From NCBI GenBank assembly GCA_035945215.1, contig DASZAJ010000002.1, positions 34,129-98,128 on the forward strand: 64,000 bases of DNA, read 5' to 3'. The translations under genes were made by a program, and so were the position numbers. Within the stretch, counting starts at the first letter, position 1. Each line of letters begins with the position of its first letter. Positions 38,024 to 49,037 of this stretch are shown in pieces. Under the pieces are notes generated by a model. It was not told the DNA's origin. It searched no databases and saw nothing but the letters and a program-made list of their open reading frames with translations. This DNA is from Thermoplasmata archaeon. Lineage in GTDB: Archaea > Thermoplasmatota > Thermoplasmata > Lutacidiplasmatales > UBA184.

Positions 38024-40873
38024 CTAGTACAAGTCCTCCAGCGAGTCTTCCGGGCCGAACTGTGGCGGGGAAGCACCCGGGACCGACGACCCCTCGCCGG
38101 CCTCCCCCTCGAGCGGGCCGGAAGTCGCCGGCGGGTCAGCCGCGCCCGGCTGGAGATACGCCGCGTACAGCGGGCTTCCTTGGAGTCCTCGTCGTCGGGG
38201 AGGGGCCCGCTCGACGACCCTCAACCCGACGAACGCGGCGAAGGACAAGGCGGCGGCCGCTACGAACCACGGGAAGTCGGTCGAAAGCTGACCCAGCAAA
38301 CTGGGGCTGCCCGGAGCGGAGTGGGTGGCCGGAACCGCGCCGACCACGAACGTGACCGCATCACTGGTCACCGAGCCGCCGCCGCTGTCCGTCACGGTCA
38401 GGCGGACCGGGAAGGAGCCGGCGTGGGTCGCGGTGCAACGCTCGGACACGAACAGAACGGAGGTGCACGTCAATCCATTCGTCTGCCAGTCGAGCTGGTA
38501 GCTGCCCACGCCTCCCGAGATCGCCGCGCTCAAGACGGTGGACCCGCCCACCGGAACCCCGAGCGGATCGCCGCTGAGGGAAGCCGTCAGCGGGCCGCCG
38601 CCGGGCACGACCAGGACATCCCAGCTGGACTGCGCCAGATGGCCCGCACGATCGGCGACGGTCAGCACCGAGGTGTAGTACCCTGGCGCAGCGAAGGTGT
38701 GGGTCGGCTGCGCCAGAGTGCTTTGGGCCCCATCCCCAAACGACCAGGCGTACGAATACCCCGGAACCCCGCCCTGGACTAGCGTTTGAAAGTTCAGCGC
38801 GAGGGGCGCCGCGCCGACGTGCGAGCTCGCGAGCAGGGTAAGGTTGAGGGCGACCGTCAGATTCTCCGTCGCAAACACGACGTTTCCGACCCCGTCCGTG
38901 GCGCCCACCGTAGCCGTGAACGGCCCGTTCGTGGTGAAGATGTGGGAGATGTTCTGCAGGTCGCCGCCCGAGCCTCCATCCCCGAACGACCAGGAGTACG
39001 AGTACGGGCTCGTCCCGCCGCTGGCGGTTGCGGTGAAGTTGACGAGTTGGCCCAGCGAGGGCGCCGTCGGGGAGGCCGAGATCTTCAGCGAGAGCGCCGG
39101 GTGCACATGCTCGACGAAGCTGGCATTGACCCGGCCCCCGCCCGAATCGTTCGCCCATACTCGCACCGTGTAGTTTCCAGAACCTGAGAAGGCATGGCTC
39201 GGGTTTGCGCCGGTCCCACCCGCTCCGTCGCCAAAGTTCCAAGCATACCCGATAGCCGGGACTCCCCCGGTCGTGGGGGCGGAGAATGCCGTCGAGAATC
39301 CGACATCCGTGGGATTCGGTGTCCCGGAGGGCCTCGTCGATGGGACCGTCATTACGGTGACCTGGGTCGTGACGACCCGTTGATGTCCCGCCGAGTCGGC
39401 CAATGTGAGGTTGACCGAGTAAGCGCCGGCGGTCGTGTAGGCGTGGGCCGGCGTCGCCAGGGAGCTAGAACCTCCATCACCGAAGCTCCACGCCCAGCGG
39501 AACGGCGCCGTCCCGAGCGTGAAGTTCGAGCTGAACGTCACCGAAGCACCGACGTCCACCGGGTTCGGCGATGCGTTGGAGGAGACACGGCCGAAGTCCG
39601 GCGTCCCGGTCCATTGCCAAACTTGATCCGTGATGTTCCAGTACTTGCTGGCCCCGTGGGAGTAGATGAATCCTCCGAACAGGATGCTTGAATTCGTCGC
39701 CGGATCCCACGCGAGAGTCGCGAGCTCCGTCGATGGCTCGACCGCCGGATTCAATCGGCTCCAATTCCCGTCGAACTGCCAGGTGGAGAGGTGGGGCGGC
39801 GAGGATTGGCTCACGGGGTCTCCGGCCAAAAGCACGATGCGTTGCGTGGCGTTGTCCCACGTCGCCGTTGGGTAGTACTGATCCGTGGGCTGGACCGTCA
39901 GGTTCGCCGTGAGGTTGTGCCAGAGTCCCCCCCGGAACAGCCAGGTCTCGTTGGTCGAAGAGATCCCCGAGGGAACCATCTTCTCGGTCGTCCCCCCGAA
40001 CAACAGCACCCCGTGATTGAACGGGTCGTCCACGAGAGCTCCGCTGAAGGTATGCGGTGGGTAGGCGGCCGGGGTCCCGTTCATCGACTGGGTGAGGTTC
40101 GTCCAATTGCCACCGGCATACGCAAATGTCGGCGTGGGCCGTAGGGAGTTGATGGTGTCGGCAATGACCACGTACTGGTCGGTCGAATCATAGGTCGCCA
40201 TCAGGGTGCCCTGATCGCGCGGCCCCGAGAACGGGAACGTCGACGGAGGGGTGAGCTGGACCCAACCGCTCGCCGTCAGCTTCCAGAAATCCTGACAACC
40301 TCCGTTCGGGCAGACGGAACTGAAGCCCCGCCCGCCGGCGAGGAGGAGATAGCCGTCCCGCGCGTCGTAGGTGAGACTCGCATCATATCGGGTGGGGGGA
40401 GCTGTCCCGAGACTCGCGGTGATGTTCTTCCACGTTCCATTTTGGAACGACCAGGTGTCGTTCAAGTATCGGACGGGCACCGATCCATTCTCGGTGTAGA
40501 AGATTCCCCCGAACAGGATCAAGCGTTTGGAGGAGGGCTCGTAGGCCATGGCCGCGCCCCACCGGGGGCTCGGCGCGTTCGGGCCGCTCAGATTCACCCA
40601 GACGGCCGAGGCGTTTGATGACACGAGGGGAGTCCGGCTCGTCGCAGCGCTGGAAAGGTCCGCGAACTTCGCAGGGGAGATGGCCGTCGCACCCGGGAGC
40701 GTTCCCGGCGATCCGCCGCTCCCCGCGGCCATCGGGACGCCTCCGGCATGGCTGAGAATCGCGAACGGCGAGAGGATGAGGGCGAGCCCCACCGCGAAAA
40801 GTAGGGTTCGATCGGTCTTCGGGATGCGATGGTCACGCAGGTTCTCGGCGTCCGCTTGGCGTTGCTCGATCAT
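38024..40873 (-). CDS. Surface protein: 6 Kelch-like repeats, 4 PKD domains plus one PKD-like domain, TM anchor (start uncertain)
   Basis: MAYEP..LILFGG-type repeats; four W(S/N)FGDG motifs; hydrophobic leader; C-terminal TM. Confidence 0.9.
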   Translation of the reverse strand: MIEQRQADAENLRDHRIPKTDRTLLFAVGLALILSPFAILSHAGGVPMAAGSGGSPGTLPGATAISPAKFADLSSAATSRTPLVSSNASAVWVNLSGPNAPSPRWGAAMAYEPSSKRLILFGGIFYTENGSVPVRYLNDTWSFQNGTWKNITASLGTAPPTRYDASLTYDARDGYLLLAGGRGFSSVCPNGGCQDFWKLTASGWVQLTPPSTFPFSGPRDQGTLMATYDSTDQYVVIADTINSLRPTPTFAYAGGNWTNLTQSMNGTPAAYPPHTFSGALVDDPFNHGVLLFGGTTEKMVPSGISSTNETWLFRGGLWHNLTANLTVQPTDQYYPTATWDNATQRIVLLAGDPVSQSSPPHLSTWQFDGNWSRLNPAVEPSTELATLAWDPATNSSILFGGFIYSHGASKYWNITDQVWQWTGTPDFGRVSSNASPNPVDVGASVTFSSNFTLGTAPFRWAWSFGDGGSSSLATPAHAYTTAGAYSVNLTLADSAGHQRVVTTQVTVMTVPSTRPSGTPNPTDVGFSTAFSAPTTGGVPAIGYAWNFGDGAGGTGANPSHAFSGSGNYTVRVWANDSGGGRVNASFVEHVHPALSLKISASPTAPSLGQLVNFTATASGGTSPYSYSWSFGDGGSGGDLQNISHIFTTNGPFTATVGATDGVGNVVFATENLTVALNLTLLASSHVGAAPLALNFQTLVQGGVPGYSYAWSFGDGAQSTLAQPTHTFAAPGYYTSVLTVADRAGHLAQSSWDVLVVPGGGPLTASLSGDPLGVPVGGSTVLSAAISGGVGSYQLDWQTNGLTCTSVLFVSERCTATHAGSFPVRLTVTDSGGGSVTSDAVTFVVGAVPATHSAPGSPSLLGQLSTDFPWFVAAAALSFAAFVGLRVVERAPPRRRGLQGSPLYAAYLQPGAADPPATSGPLEGEAGEGSSVPGASPPQFGPEDSLEDLY

Positions 40874-41201
40874 GGGTTCCTGGGCGACGGACGCTCGCCT
40901 CGATGATAAATCAAGGCGCAAAATCGACCTCGATGGTTCGCCGGGGCAGCACCGATCCGGTCGGTTCTCCGGGCGATGCTGGTGGACTATCGAGGGGCCC
41001 GGAGGCGAACCCAAGAGCCCAGCCTTCTGGGAGCGGTTCTCGTCTCGACAACTCATCGGACCATTTCCATAGGCGACGGGCTGGCTGAGGCAGCAGGGAA
41101 AGCGATGACCCCTCCCATCGACCTTCATTCGGGGCGCTACGTTATCGCCGGTTCACCGGCCATCACGAAGTTTAAGAAACGGCCCCCCTACGAGAGCTGC
41201 C

Positions 41202-41633
41202 ATGGCCGCCAAGAAGGCTTCCAAGGGGTTCACCGACGAGGAACGCGCCGCGATGAAGGATTACTCGCAGGAGCGGAAGATCGTTTGGGGGAAGAACCGG
41301 GCCGACGACGAACGCGCGGTGCTGGCCAAGATCGAGTCGTTCCCCGAGCCGGACCGGTCCATCGGCCACCGACTGCACAAGATCATCGGGGCGTCCGCGC
41401 CGGGACTCTCCCCTCGGCTTTGGTACGGGATGCCGGCGTACAGCAAGGAGGGCGACGTGCTCTGCTTCTTCCAACCGGCAAGCAAGTTCAAGGCGAGATA
41501 CGGCACGTTGGGCTTCAACGATAAGGCCAGGCTCGATGAGGGTACCGTCTGGCCGACCTCCTTCGCCGTGAGGGAATTGACGCCTTCGGACGAGGCTCGG
41601 ATCTCGGCTCTCGTAAAGAAAGCGGTAAGTTGA
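41202..41633 (+). CDS. DUF1801/YdhG-like protein
   Basis: APGLSPRLWYGMPAY, CFFQPASKFKARYGTLGF. Confidence 0.85.
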   Translation: MAAKKASKGFTDEERAAMKDYSQERKIVWGKNRADDERAVLAKIESFPEPDRSIGHRLHKIIGASAPGLSPRLWYGMPAYSKEGDVLCFFQPASKFKARYGTLGFNDKARLDEGTVWPTSFAVRELTPSDEARISALVKKAVS

Positions 41634-41822
41634 TCATCGCCGCTGGCCGGGACCCCCCCGGGCGTCCCCCATTTTCCAAACGAGGGGCCCATAGAGCGAG
41701 GCGACGGCGGAACTTGCCCTAGAACCCCTTCCGTCGGTCGGTAGGTCCCCCCATGCCGAATTCCATCGATCGACCTTCAGGGCCGACCGCCGGTAGTCAC
41801 TATGGACAATGGACCGACTCGT

Positions 41823-42230
41823 CTATCCGAGCCACTCGGTCTCGGGGATATCTTTGAAGTGGGGATCCCCTGTCAATACAGTTCCGTTGCGAGCACGGGC
41901 TGTCGCAAGAATGATGGCGTCCCCTAGTCCCGGCATGTTCGTGCGCTTCGCCCGTGCCGTGGCCCGAAGATCCTTGTCGGCCTGAGGTACTGCGAGAGCC
42001 ACTGCGAGGCTGATTTCAGCGATCCCGCTGAGGCCGCGCATGACTCGAAGACGGGATTCGATCGTGGGCCTGTCGAGTCCATCCCGATCGAATTTTCGGC
42101 AGACCTCAGCCAGGACGAGATCGGGGGTCACGGCCGGTCGGCCCCCACCGAGGACTTCTTTCACCTTGGGCCCTTGCTGCCCAGCTGTGAAAAATTCGAT
42201 CCAGGCATCTGAGTCAATGATGACGGTCAA
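41823..42230 (-). CDS. vapC: PIN-domain toxin (TTG start inferred)
   Basis: IIDSDAWIEF, VLAEV, LGDAIILATA and LTGDPHF. Confidence 0.88.
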   Translation of the reverse strand: MTVIIDSDAWIEFFTAGQQGPKVKEVLGGGRPAVTPDLVLAEVCRKFDRDGLDRPTIESRLRVMRGLSGIAEISLAVALAVPQADKDLRATARAKRTNMPGLGDAIILATARARNGTVLTGDPHFKDIPETEWLG

Positions 42231-42426
42231 GTCTATCCGCCTCTCTGTAACTCGAAACCTTTCCCGAAAGGCTCCCATAAGCAGAATCGAGCAACTCCTT
42301 TCGCTTGATGCGCAGAAGAGCGCGCAGCGTTTCGTCGGCGGTCTTTGTGTTCAGGATACGCTGGAAGCGTTCAAGCTCGTCGAGGGCCTCCCTAGACACC
42401 CGCATGGTCGTTAGGGCTTCGCTCAT
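42214..42426 (-). CDS. vapB: Putative antitoxin (RHH-like)
   Basis: LTTMRVSREALDELERF...TADETLRALL; overlaps the PIN gene start. Confidence 0.75.
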   Translation of the reverse strand: MSEALTTMRVSREALDELERFQRILNTKTADETLRALLRIKRKELLDSAYGSLSGKVSSYREADRLDRHH

Positions 42427-42702
42427 GACGGGTCCTGAATACCGTATGCCGTATATCAACTCGCTGGGGACGTTGGAATCTGCTCGGTGGGGGTCCTCTC
42501 CAATGGGCGTCGGAACGACACCTCCGCTCCGCCGCCGGGAACACCACAGCGGGGGCTCACATGGAGCCATCTGTCCTCCCACCTCGCCCCACCTCGAATG
42601 CCCGGAAACCATAACTCGACCAATCCAGGAACGCGTTGGCCGATTCGTCGGACCGATGCAGTTTCTTCGCCCCGTCGCAATACGGTTCCCTAGGATGACT
42701 TC

Positions 42703-43221
42703 GTGAGCTTCCTCGTCATCATCCGGGGCCCATTGGGAGTCGGCAAGTCGGTGGTCTCGCGGAGAATTTCCGAGATCTTCCGCGCGGAGTACATCTCCAT
42801 CGATGACCTCCTGGACGAACACGGCCTCTGGAATACCGGCGAACTATCCGAGTTCCTCGCGGCGAATCGCTTCGCGATCGAAGTAGCCGGAACGGCCCTG
42901 CGGGAACGGAGGCCGGTGATCGTGGATGGGAACTTCTACTGGGAGGCGCAAATCGAGGACTTGCTGGCGCATCTCAAGGTCCCCAGCTTCGTGTTCACGC
43001 TGGCCGCTCCGCTTGAAGTTTGCATCCAGAGGGATGCGGGACGTCGCTTACCCCATGGCGCCGAAAGCGCCCGAGCGGTCTATGCGAAGGCGACCGAGTT
43101 CGCCTATGGATCGACCGTGGATGCCTCCGGAACCGTCGAGACGGTGGTCCGGGACCTGTTGTCGCGGTTGGGCCGCGAGGGTCATCCGCCCCCTCCGGAC
43201 CCGTCTCGTTCATGGTCGTAA
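42703..43221 (+). CDS. P-loop small-molecule kinase (AAA_33-like)
   Basis: IIRGPLGVGKS, VIVDGNF and LAAPLEVCIQRD. Confidence 0.85.
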   Translation: MSFLVIIRGPLGVGKSVVSRRISEIFRAEYISIDDLLDEHGLWNTGELSEFLAANRFAIEVAGTALRERRPVIVDGNFYWEAQIEDLLAHLKVPSFVFTLAAPLEVCIQRDAGRRLPHGAESARAVYAKATEFAYGSTVDASGTVETVVRDLLSRLGREGHPPPPDPSRSWS

Positions 43222-43408
43222 CGTGCGCCCTCTTGGCGGTTCCAAACCAATCCGCGTCGGGGGATCTGAACCGCCAACATGACTCGAGCGGAACTAGGGG
43301 CCCATCCGTCGCCAAACCACGAAATCGCCCACCTTGACGAGGGCCTTGGCGGAATGCGCCATTCGGACCACGCTCCTCTCGCGAGAAAGTGCGCTGGGAG
43401 TAGCGGCG

Positions 43409-43792
43409 TCATTTCTCGACGATCTTCCAGTACGAATCCTTCCGGGCGACTTTCCCGCCCTCGAACTCCCATAGGTCGCATCCCTGAACTCGAACCTTCT
43501 CACCTTGCGGCGTGGTGCCCGTGAGGAGCCACTCCGAGACCCCGCGGTCCCCCGCCACCCAGTGCCGATCCTCTCCGTAATGGACGTCCGGGAGACCCTC
43601 GAATCGACGCGCCAGGCCGGCTCGGACATTCGCTTTGCCGACGTACCGGTTTCCCCAGGGATCCGGGCCTCGCGGGAAATCGAAGGTGCAATCCTCCGAG
43701 AAGTAACCCATGATCGCGTCTAGGTCGTGTCGATTGAACACGGCCAAGATCGCTTCGAGGGTCTGCACGGTGACCGCGTCCGGCGGGGTCAT
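43409..43792 (-). CDS. SnoaL/NTF2-like protein
   Basis: AVFNRHDLDAIMGYFSEDC, VSEWLLTGT, GCDLWEF and KDSYWK. Confidence 0.88.
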   Translation of the reverse strand: MTPPDAVTVQTLEAILAVFNRHDLDAIMGYFSEDCTFDFPRGPDPWGNRYVGKANVRAGLARRFEGLPDVHYGEDRHWVAGDRGVSEWLLTGTTPQGEKVRVQGCDLWEFEGGKVARKDSYWKIVEK

Positions 43793-44111
43793 CGCGCCCA
43801 GCGGAGCCTCACGACGTTTTGAGCCGTTCGGGCCGTCCACCGATGCCGACGCCTGCCGGCCATCGCTCTCGAGACCGCCGTTCGGACGAGGAGGGTTGTG
43901 CCTTCGGCCATTAACCCAGCCTCTTCGAGTGTGGGAGCACTCACCTTGAAGACCGAGGTGGTGAGACAAGGACCCTTCCGGCAGCTGGGCTCCGAAACGG
44001 CCGTGAAATTGGCCGACCGCGAACGACGCGGACATCGCCCCGGGTCGGAGCGAACCTCCCCGCGACAGTCCAATATGCGGGCCGCTCAAGGGCGCTTGCC
44101 TTGCTCGCCGT

Positions 44112-45080
44112 TCAGAACATGTCGCCGCGATGGCAGGAGAATCGGGAACTCGCGGCGGTCCGACGCAGCACGGCCACCGACCGATCGGTTGGGTCGGGGA
44201 GCGCCCGCGCCATCAGCGTCTTGTGACAACTACGCGCCAATGAAAAGCCCCGCTCTTCGAGTTGTTCCTGGGCCTCTACGACGAAGGTAGTACATCCGAG
44301 CTCGAGCCACCGGCCCCGGGCTCGGGCTTGCATTCCGTCCAAGAGGGCCGGAATGAACTCCGGCCGCAGGACGAGGGCTTCATTGACCTCGACGCCGCGT
44401 GCGTTCTCCTCGCCAGCGAAGTAGCCCACGGCGGCTCCGCCGTGCAGGAGCAAGTGATGGTCCTTGGCGTTCCTCCATCCGAGGGCGAAACGCGCCGGGA
44501 AGGCCCTCGAAAAACGGTCTCGGAAGCCCCATCGACCGCGCGTCGACCGTCGTCGCAGCGACGTGAGCAATCGCCCGTCTCGCCCGCGGGCCCCGCGCAG
44601 GCGGAATCCCTTGGGCAAACGAGGGGCTCGTTTCTCCCCCGGTGGCCGGACCGCCGTCGGTGGGGAGTAAATGTCCCGGTAACCGAGTCGCTCGTACAGC
44701 CGATGCGCGCCCCAAGATCGCTGCGTCCACAGCATCGCCCATCGGTGCCCCGCCACGGATTCCCGCCGATGGGCTTCCGTAAGGAGGGCCGTGCATAGCC
44801 CCCGGTGAAGGGCGTCCGGGCGAACGACCACGTTCTCGATCCCCGAAATCTCCTCGGTCCCCCGCGACGCCGTCAGGCGATAGTGCCCGATCATGACTTG
44901 GGCGAGGACCTCGTCGCCCTCGACCGCGACGAGTCCGAGGTAACTCGCCAGCGGTACCCCGAGCGACCGGACCCGATTCAGGAACTTTCGGTCGAACGGC
45001 GTGTCCCGGTCCGACCAAACCAAGGTTCCCCAACTCGCGGTGAGATATTCCGGAAGCTCGGAGATGGGGAGAATTCGCAT
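44112..45080 (-). CDS. GNAT acetyltransferase (Eis-like, tandem fold)
   Basis: ENVVVRPDALHRGLCTALL and AHRLYERLGY. Confidence 0.82.
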   Translation of the reverse strand: MRILPISELPEYLTASWGTLVWSDRDTPFDRKFLNRVRSLGVPLASYLGLVAVEGDEVLAQVMIGHYRLTASRGTEEISGIENVVVRPDALHRGLCTALLTEAHRRESVAGHRWAMLWTQRSWGAHRLYERLGYRDIYSPPTAVRPPGEKRAPRLPKGFRLRGARGRDGRLLTSLRRRSTRGRWGFRDRFSRAFPARFALGWRNAKDHHLLLHGGAAVGYFAGEENARGVEVNEALVLRPEFIPALLDGMQARARGRWLELGCTTFVVEAQEQLEERGFSLARSCHKTLMARALPDPTDRSVAVLRRTAASSRFSCHRGDMF

Positions 45081-45554
45081 GCCTTCTCGTTCGTCGGCAG
45101 GCGGCTCCTCGCCTATCGTTTTGCCCCCGCGAATAGGACCCTAAAGTTTGATCTTCGAGCGTCCTTACCTGGGCCCTATCGGGGAATTCCGGACCCCGAA
45201 CGGGGCGCGCCCCTCCGTAGGTCCTTCCCAGGTCGCTGGTGGAAACCTACCTAGCCCGGGGACCGCCGCAGGAGGCCGGGAAGCGGACTCCGTGGACGTT
45301 TCGCGTCGACGGATCGGTTGTGACGCGGCGACCCTCGCCCTTCTCAGATCGCGGGGATCGCCGGTCGCGGAACCGAGAACACAGGGGGCGATGCCAGCGC
45401 GAGGAGCCTATCGATGGTCCGAGAACCCCTTATTGACGTTGACCGGTTCAGGTGCACGATGCGGAGATCCTCGACTCGAACGCGCCGCCCGAACCCCGAT
45501 CATCGTTCGCCCCAAAAGGAACGCTTAAATCCTCGTAAAACTGATTCGTTTAAC

Positions 45555-45773
45555 ATGACGCCCTTTCGGATAGCCGGGCATGTCCGGCGGGTCGGCAATG
45601 GACTTGCCTTGATGATCCCACTCCGCGAGGCCCGTCGGGCGGGATTGGCGGCGGGGGATCCCGTCGACGCGGTCCTGCAAAGTGCCGTGGCCGATGCATT
45701 TGGGCTGTTGGCGGATCTCCCGTACCGGCCGTTCGAACGGGCCAAGGAGGGATTCTGGCGTGACCGAATCTGA
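45555..45773 (+). CDS. vapB: AbrB/SpoVT-type antitoxin
   Basis: VRRVGNGLALMIP...GLAAGDPV; overlaps the downstream PIN gene. Confidence 0.82.
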   Translation: MTPFRIAGHVRRVGNGLALMIPLREARRAGLAAGDPVDAVLQSAVADAFGLLADLPYRPFERAKEGFWRDRI

Positions 45774-46161
45774 TGTCCTATTCGACACGTGGGCATGGTG
45801 GGAATATCTGCACCAAACACCGACGGGCGCTTCCCTCCGAATGCGATACTTCGTCGACGGTACGGCTCGTGTCCATACTTCTTCCTTAACGATCGCGGAG
45901 GTCTCGGCTCGATTGGACGCGGATGGAGCGTCGGATCGGATTGCCCCGGCCTGCAGCGCCATACGACGAATGAGCCATCTGTGGGACGTCACCGCGGACA
46001 TCGCCCAGGAGGCCGGACCGATCCGAAGGGAGTTACGCGACCGGGCACGTTCGGCCAGCCTCGCCGACGCGATCATTCTGGTGACCGCCCGGAAGGCCGG
46101 AGCTCGGTTGGTCAGCGCCGACCCGGCGTTTCGCGGTATTGCGGGAGTCATCTCCAGTTAG
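45760..46161 (+). CDS. vapC: PIN-domain toxin (GTG start inferred)
   Basis: LFDTWAWWEY, TIAEV, LADAIILVTA and VSADPAF. Confidence 0.88.
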   Translation: MTESDVLFDTWAWWEYLHQTPTGASLRMRYFVDGTARVHTSSLTIAEVSARLDADGASDRIAPACSAIRRMSHLWDVTADIAQEAGPIRRELRDRARSASLADAIILVTARKAGARLVSADPAFRGIAGVISS

Positions 46162-46481
46162 CAATCGGGAGCCCAAATCTCGGACTTGGGCCCGCCCTAG
46201 GTCATGAGCGCGATTTGCCCTGCCGGCGGTCCCCTATTCATCCCGATGAGCAGGACCCGGATTGCATCCAGGCCGCCCCCCCCCAATACAGGCTCCGCCT
46301 CGCTCGGGCCCAACGGCATCGGCGAGACATCGCCCGATCCACAAAGTGCGACGGGGAGCGGCTGGGACATCCACCCGAGGTCGGGTCGGTCCACGGACCC
46401 CTCTCTGCTTTTGAGCCCTGACGTTGCATGGCGACGCGCGAATTCGAGCCTGTTATCTGAACTGATTCGTCTGGGCAAGGC

Positions 46482-47267
46482 GTGCGGTCGTCCGCTCGAT
46501 TCACGATGGTCCTCGGCCTGGCCGCGCTAGGCACGGTCGGCCTAGCGATCGGACTTCTGACGCCGTTGTGGTCGTTCAATGAGTCGTTTCCGGGAACCTC
46601 CTACACCTCCCCTTCCCGGTTGTTCTCGATCGGCCCACCAGGGGATTACTTTGTGTCCCCGAATCTGCAGCCCGGGACACCTCGCCCCGTACAATCCGCG
46701 CTGGACCTTGATATCGCGCTGTGGGCCGACCTTGCAATCGGGATCCTTGCGGGCCTCGTCGCCGTATTTCGGGGCGCTATCGCCCGCGATCGAGCGTTCT
46801 TCCCTGCCCTGGTCCATGGTGCTACGATCGTCGACCTGGGCCTCTCCGTCCTGGCCGCAGCAATGATCGTAGCTTGGGGACCCACCGCCTACGCCCCCGG
46901 GACGCAGTGCGCGAGTTGCACAACGTATTCCGGCCAAGCCCGCTTCTTCTTCTGGTCGTGGACTCCGCAAGTGGGCGCCTTCGCGGTTCTGATCGCCGCC
47001 GTCGCGTTCGTGGCCGCATTCTTCCTTGAGGTGAGGGGAGGGAAGGATCCCGTACGTTGGCCGGCGCGATACGGATCCGTTGGGGTGGCCTCGGGAATCG
47101 CCTTGTTCTCGCTCGTTATCGGCGACAACTGGCAGGCCTGGTACCCGACGGGAACCCCGAATCTCGTCCTCTGGATCTTGATCGTGGGGATTCCGGTCGT
47201 TTCGGCCGTGTTCGCCATCCGAGCGATCCGACGGTTCCGACGCCAGCGACCTCGAGAATCCCATTGA
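46482..47267 (+). CDS. Multi-pass membrane protein of unknown function
   Basis: About six hydrophobic segments and a CASC motif in a loop. Confidence 0.7.
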   Translation: MRSSARFTMVLGLAALGTVGLAIGLLTPLWSFNESFPGTSYTSPSRLFSIGPPGDYFVSPNLQPGTPRPVQSALDLDIALWADLAIGILAGLVAVFRGAIARDRAFFPALVHGATIVDLGLSVLAAAMIVAWGPTAYAPGTQCASCTTYSGQARFFFWSWTPQVGAFAVLIAAVAFVAAFFLEVRGGKDPVRWPARYGSVGVASGIALFSLVIGDNWQAWYPTGTPNLVLWILIVGIPVVSAVFAIRAIRRFRRQRPRESH

Positions 47268-47599
47268 CACCGTCACCGCGGTCGATCCCGAACTATCAGG
47301 GCTTTCTTCGTTCCCCAAGCGCCCCCGTTCGAACCAGGCCCCTCAGCTTGTTGGGGCATCGGAGCCGGCCCCCCATTTGTGAACCCAAGGACCCGTACGC
47401 AGTCGGAACCGCGTCGGACCAACCCACTCGCGGGCCAGGATTCGAATCTTCATCATCACCGTCGAATTCATCCCCGGGCCTCGTAGCAGGTTCTTACGGC
47501 CCAATCGAGTGGTGGCCTCTGAGGCGGGTCGGAAGGCAGTTCGGCCGGCCCGGCCAGAGGATAACTCACCGGGACGAGGTCCAGACTACGTAGCTACTT

Positions 47600-48205
47600 T
47601 CAATCCTTACTTGGGCGATGGGTTCGCTTCCGGCGAATCCGCCTCGGTACTCGACGCAGCCTCGGCTGAGGACGCCCGAGTAGGACCCCCGCCCTCTTCC
47701 GTAGAATCGCCGCGGCGGCCCGACCCACCGCCGGAGCGTTCAGACCGTCCGTTTGGATGACGAATTCACCGCGGACCGGCGCAGGCTGCCACCCCAGGTT
47801 GCTGGCCCGGACATATCGCGCGCTTACCGTGGTCTTCCGGGCGACCGCGTTTTCCGGCGACACCACAAGTCGGAGAAGAACGACTGAAGGATCGCGGCGC
47901 GATCGTCGCATGATTCGCAGGAAGCGATCTACCTCACGGTGGGTCAGAAGTTCGCCAGGGTCAGTGATCAGGTTCAACCCGCGACCTGAGATAATCCTCG
48001 CGTGGAGGGCGAGAATCTCGATTTCGGCGGGCCATTCATCCTCGAGGTGCTCGCCGTGCGGGTCGCTCGGATGGAAGGCGCCCGCGGCGTCCGCATCGAG
48101 GACGTAGAATCTGAACTCCCGACGTCCCGCGAGCGCTCGTAGGAGGGTGGATTTGCCGGCCCCCATCGGACCTCGGATAATCACGACCAGTGGGTTGGGC
48201 GCCAT
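47600..48205 (-). CDS. P-loop kinase (AAA_33-like)
   Basis: IIRGPMGAGKST. Confidence 0.78.
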   Translation of the reverse strand: MAPNPLVVIIRGPMGAGKSTLLRALAGRREFRFYVLDADAAGAFHPSDPHGEHLEDEWPAEIEILALHARIISGRGLNLITDPGELLTHREVDRFLRIMRRSRRDPSVVLLRLVVSPENAVARKTTVSARYVRASNLGWQPAPVRGEFVIQTDGLNAPAVGRAAAAILRKRAGVLLGRPQPRLRRVPRRIRRKRTHRPSKD

Positions 48206-48389
48206 CGGACCATGAGAGTCAAGGGTGGAACGCCAAAGCCATTGCGACCGCGAGGGCGCGGAATCCCGGGAATGTACGCTGGGAAATCGCACGGCGAATA
48301 TCGTTCCGGCCCCAAATGTAGGCTACCTCCTCGTTCGCTCTTCAAGGTCGACCGAGGGTTTTTCTGAGACAGGCTCTGTCCCCGGCGCC

Positions 48390-48920
48390 GTGAACGTTCG
48401 GGAGCTTCGATGGGGGGATTACGAAGGCTGGGTTGCCCTGTACTACTCCCGATACGACGAACTCGCCGCCAACCCGGGCTTGGGAGTCTTCACGATGGAG
48501 CAGCGACCAACCTTGGGTGAGGAATCGGCCCACTTTGGAAACGTCTGGAAGCGGATACTTGCGGGCGACATGCTCGCTTCTGTAGCGGAGGACGATCGTA
48601 GCCTGGTGGGCCTCTGTACGGTAGTTCGAGCGGGCCATCTCGAAGACCATCACGTCGGCTCTCTCGGAATCGCGATCCTGCCGAGCCATCGTAACCGCGG
48701 TATCGGCACCCAGCTGATGCAACACGTCCTGTCAGAGTGCGAGGGTAAGTTTTCAGTCCTAACCTTGAATGTGATCGCGGGGAACGAGCCAGCGCTTCGA
48801 CTCTACCGCCGTTTCGGCTTCACCCAACGGGGCCGAGTACCCGGGACCTTCCGTCGCGCTGGGGTGGTATTCGACGAGATCATCATGTCGAGGGAGATAG
48901 GCCCCCCGAACCCTCCATGA
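48390..48920 (+). CDS. GNAT acetyltransferase (start inferred)
   Basis: LGIAILPSHRNRGIG and NEPALRLYRRFGF. Confidence 0.87.
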   Translation: MNVRELRWGDYEGWVALYYSRYDELAANPGLGVFTMEQRPTLGEESAHFGNVWKRILAGDMLASVAEDDRSLVGLCTVVRAGHLEDHHVGSLGIAILPSHRNRGIGTQLMQHVLSECEGKFSVLTLNVIAGNEPALRLYRRFGFTQRGRVPGTFRRAGVVFDEIIMSREIGPPNPP

Positions 48921-49037
48921 GACGATGAAGGCAACCGTTGCCGGGACCTAGGCGTGGGACTCAGGCGTCCCGAAAGGCCGCGCAACCAGCCCGAAGCCAC
49001 GAGGTACGTCCCTGGGGCGGCATCGGCCCGGCTTTCC

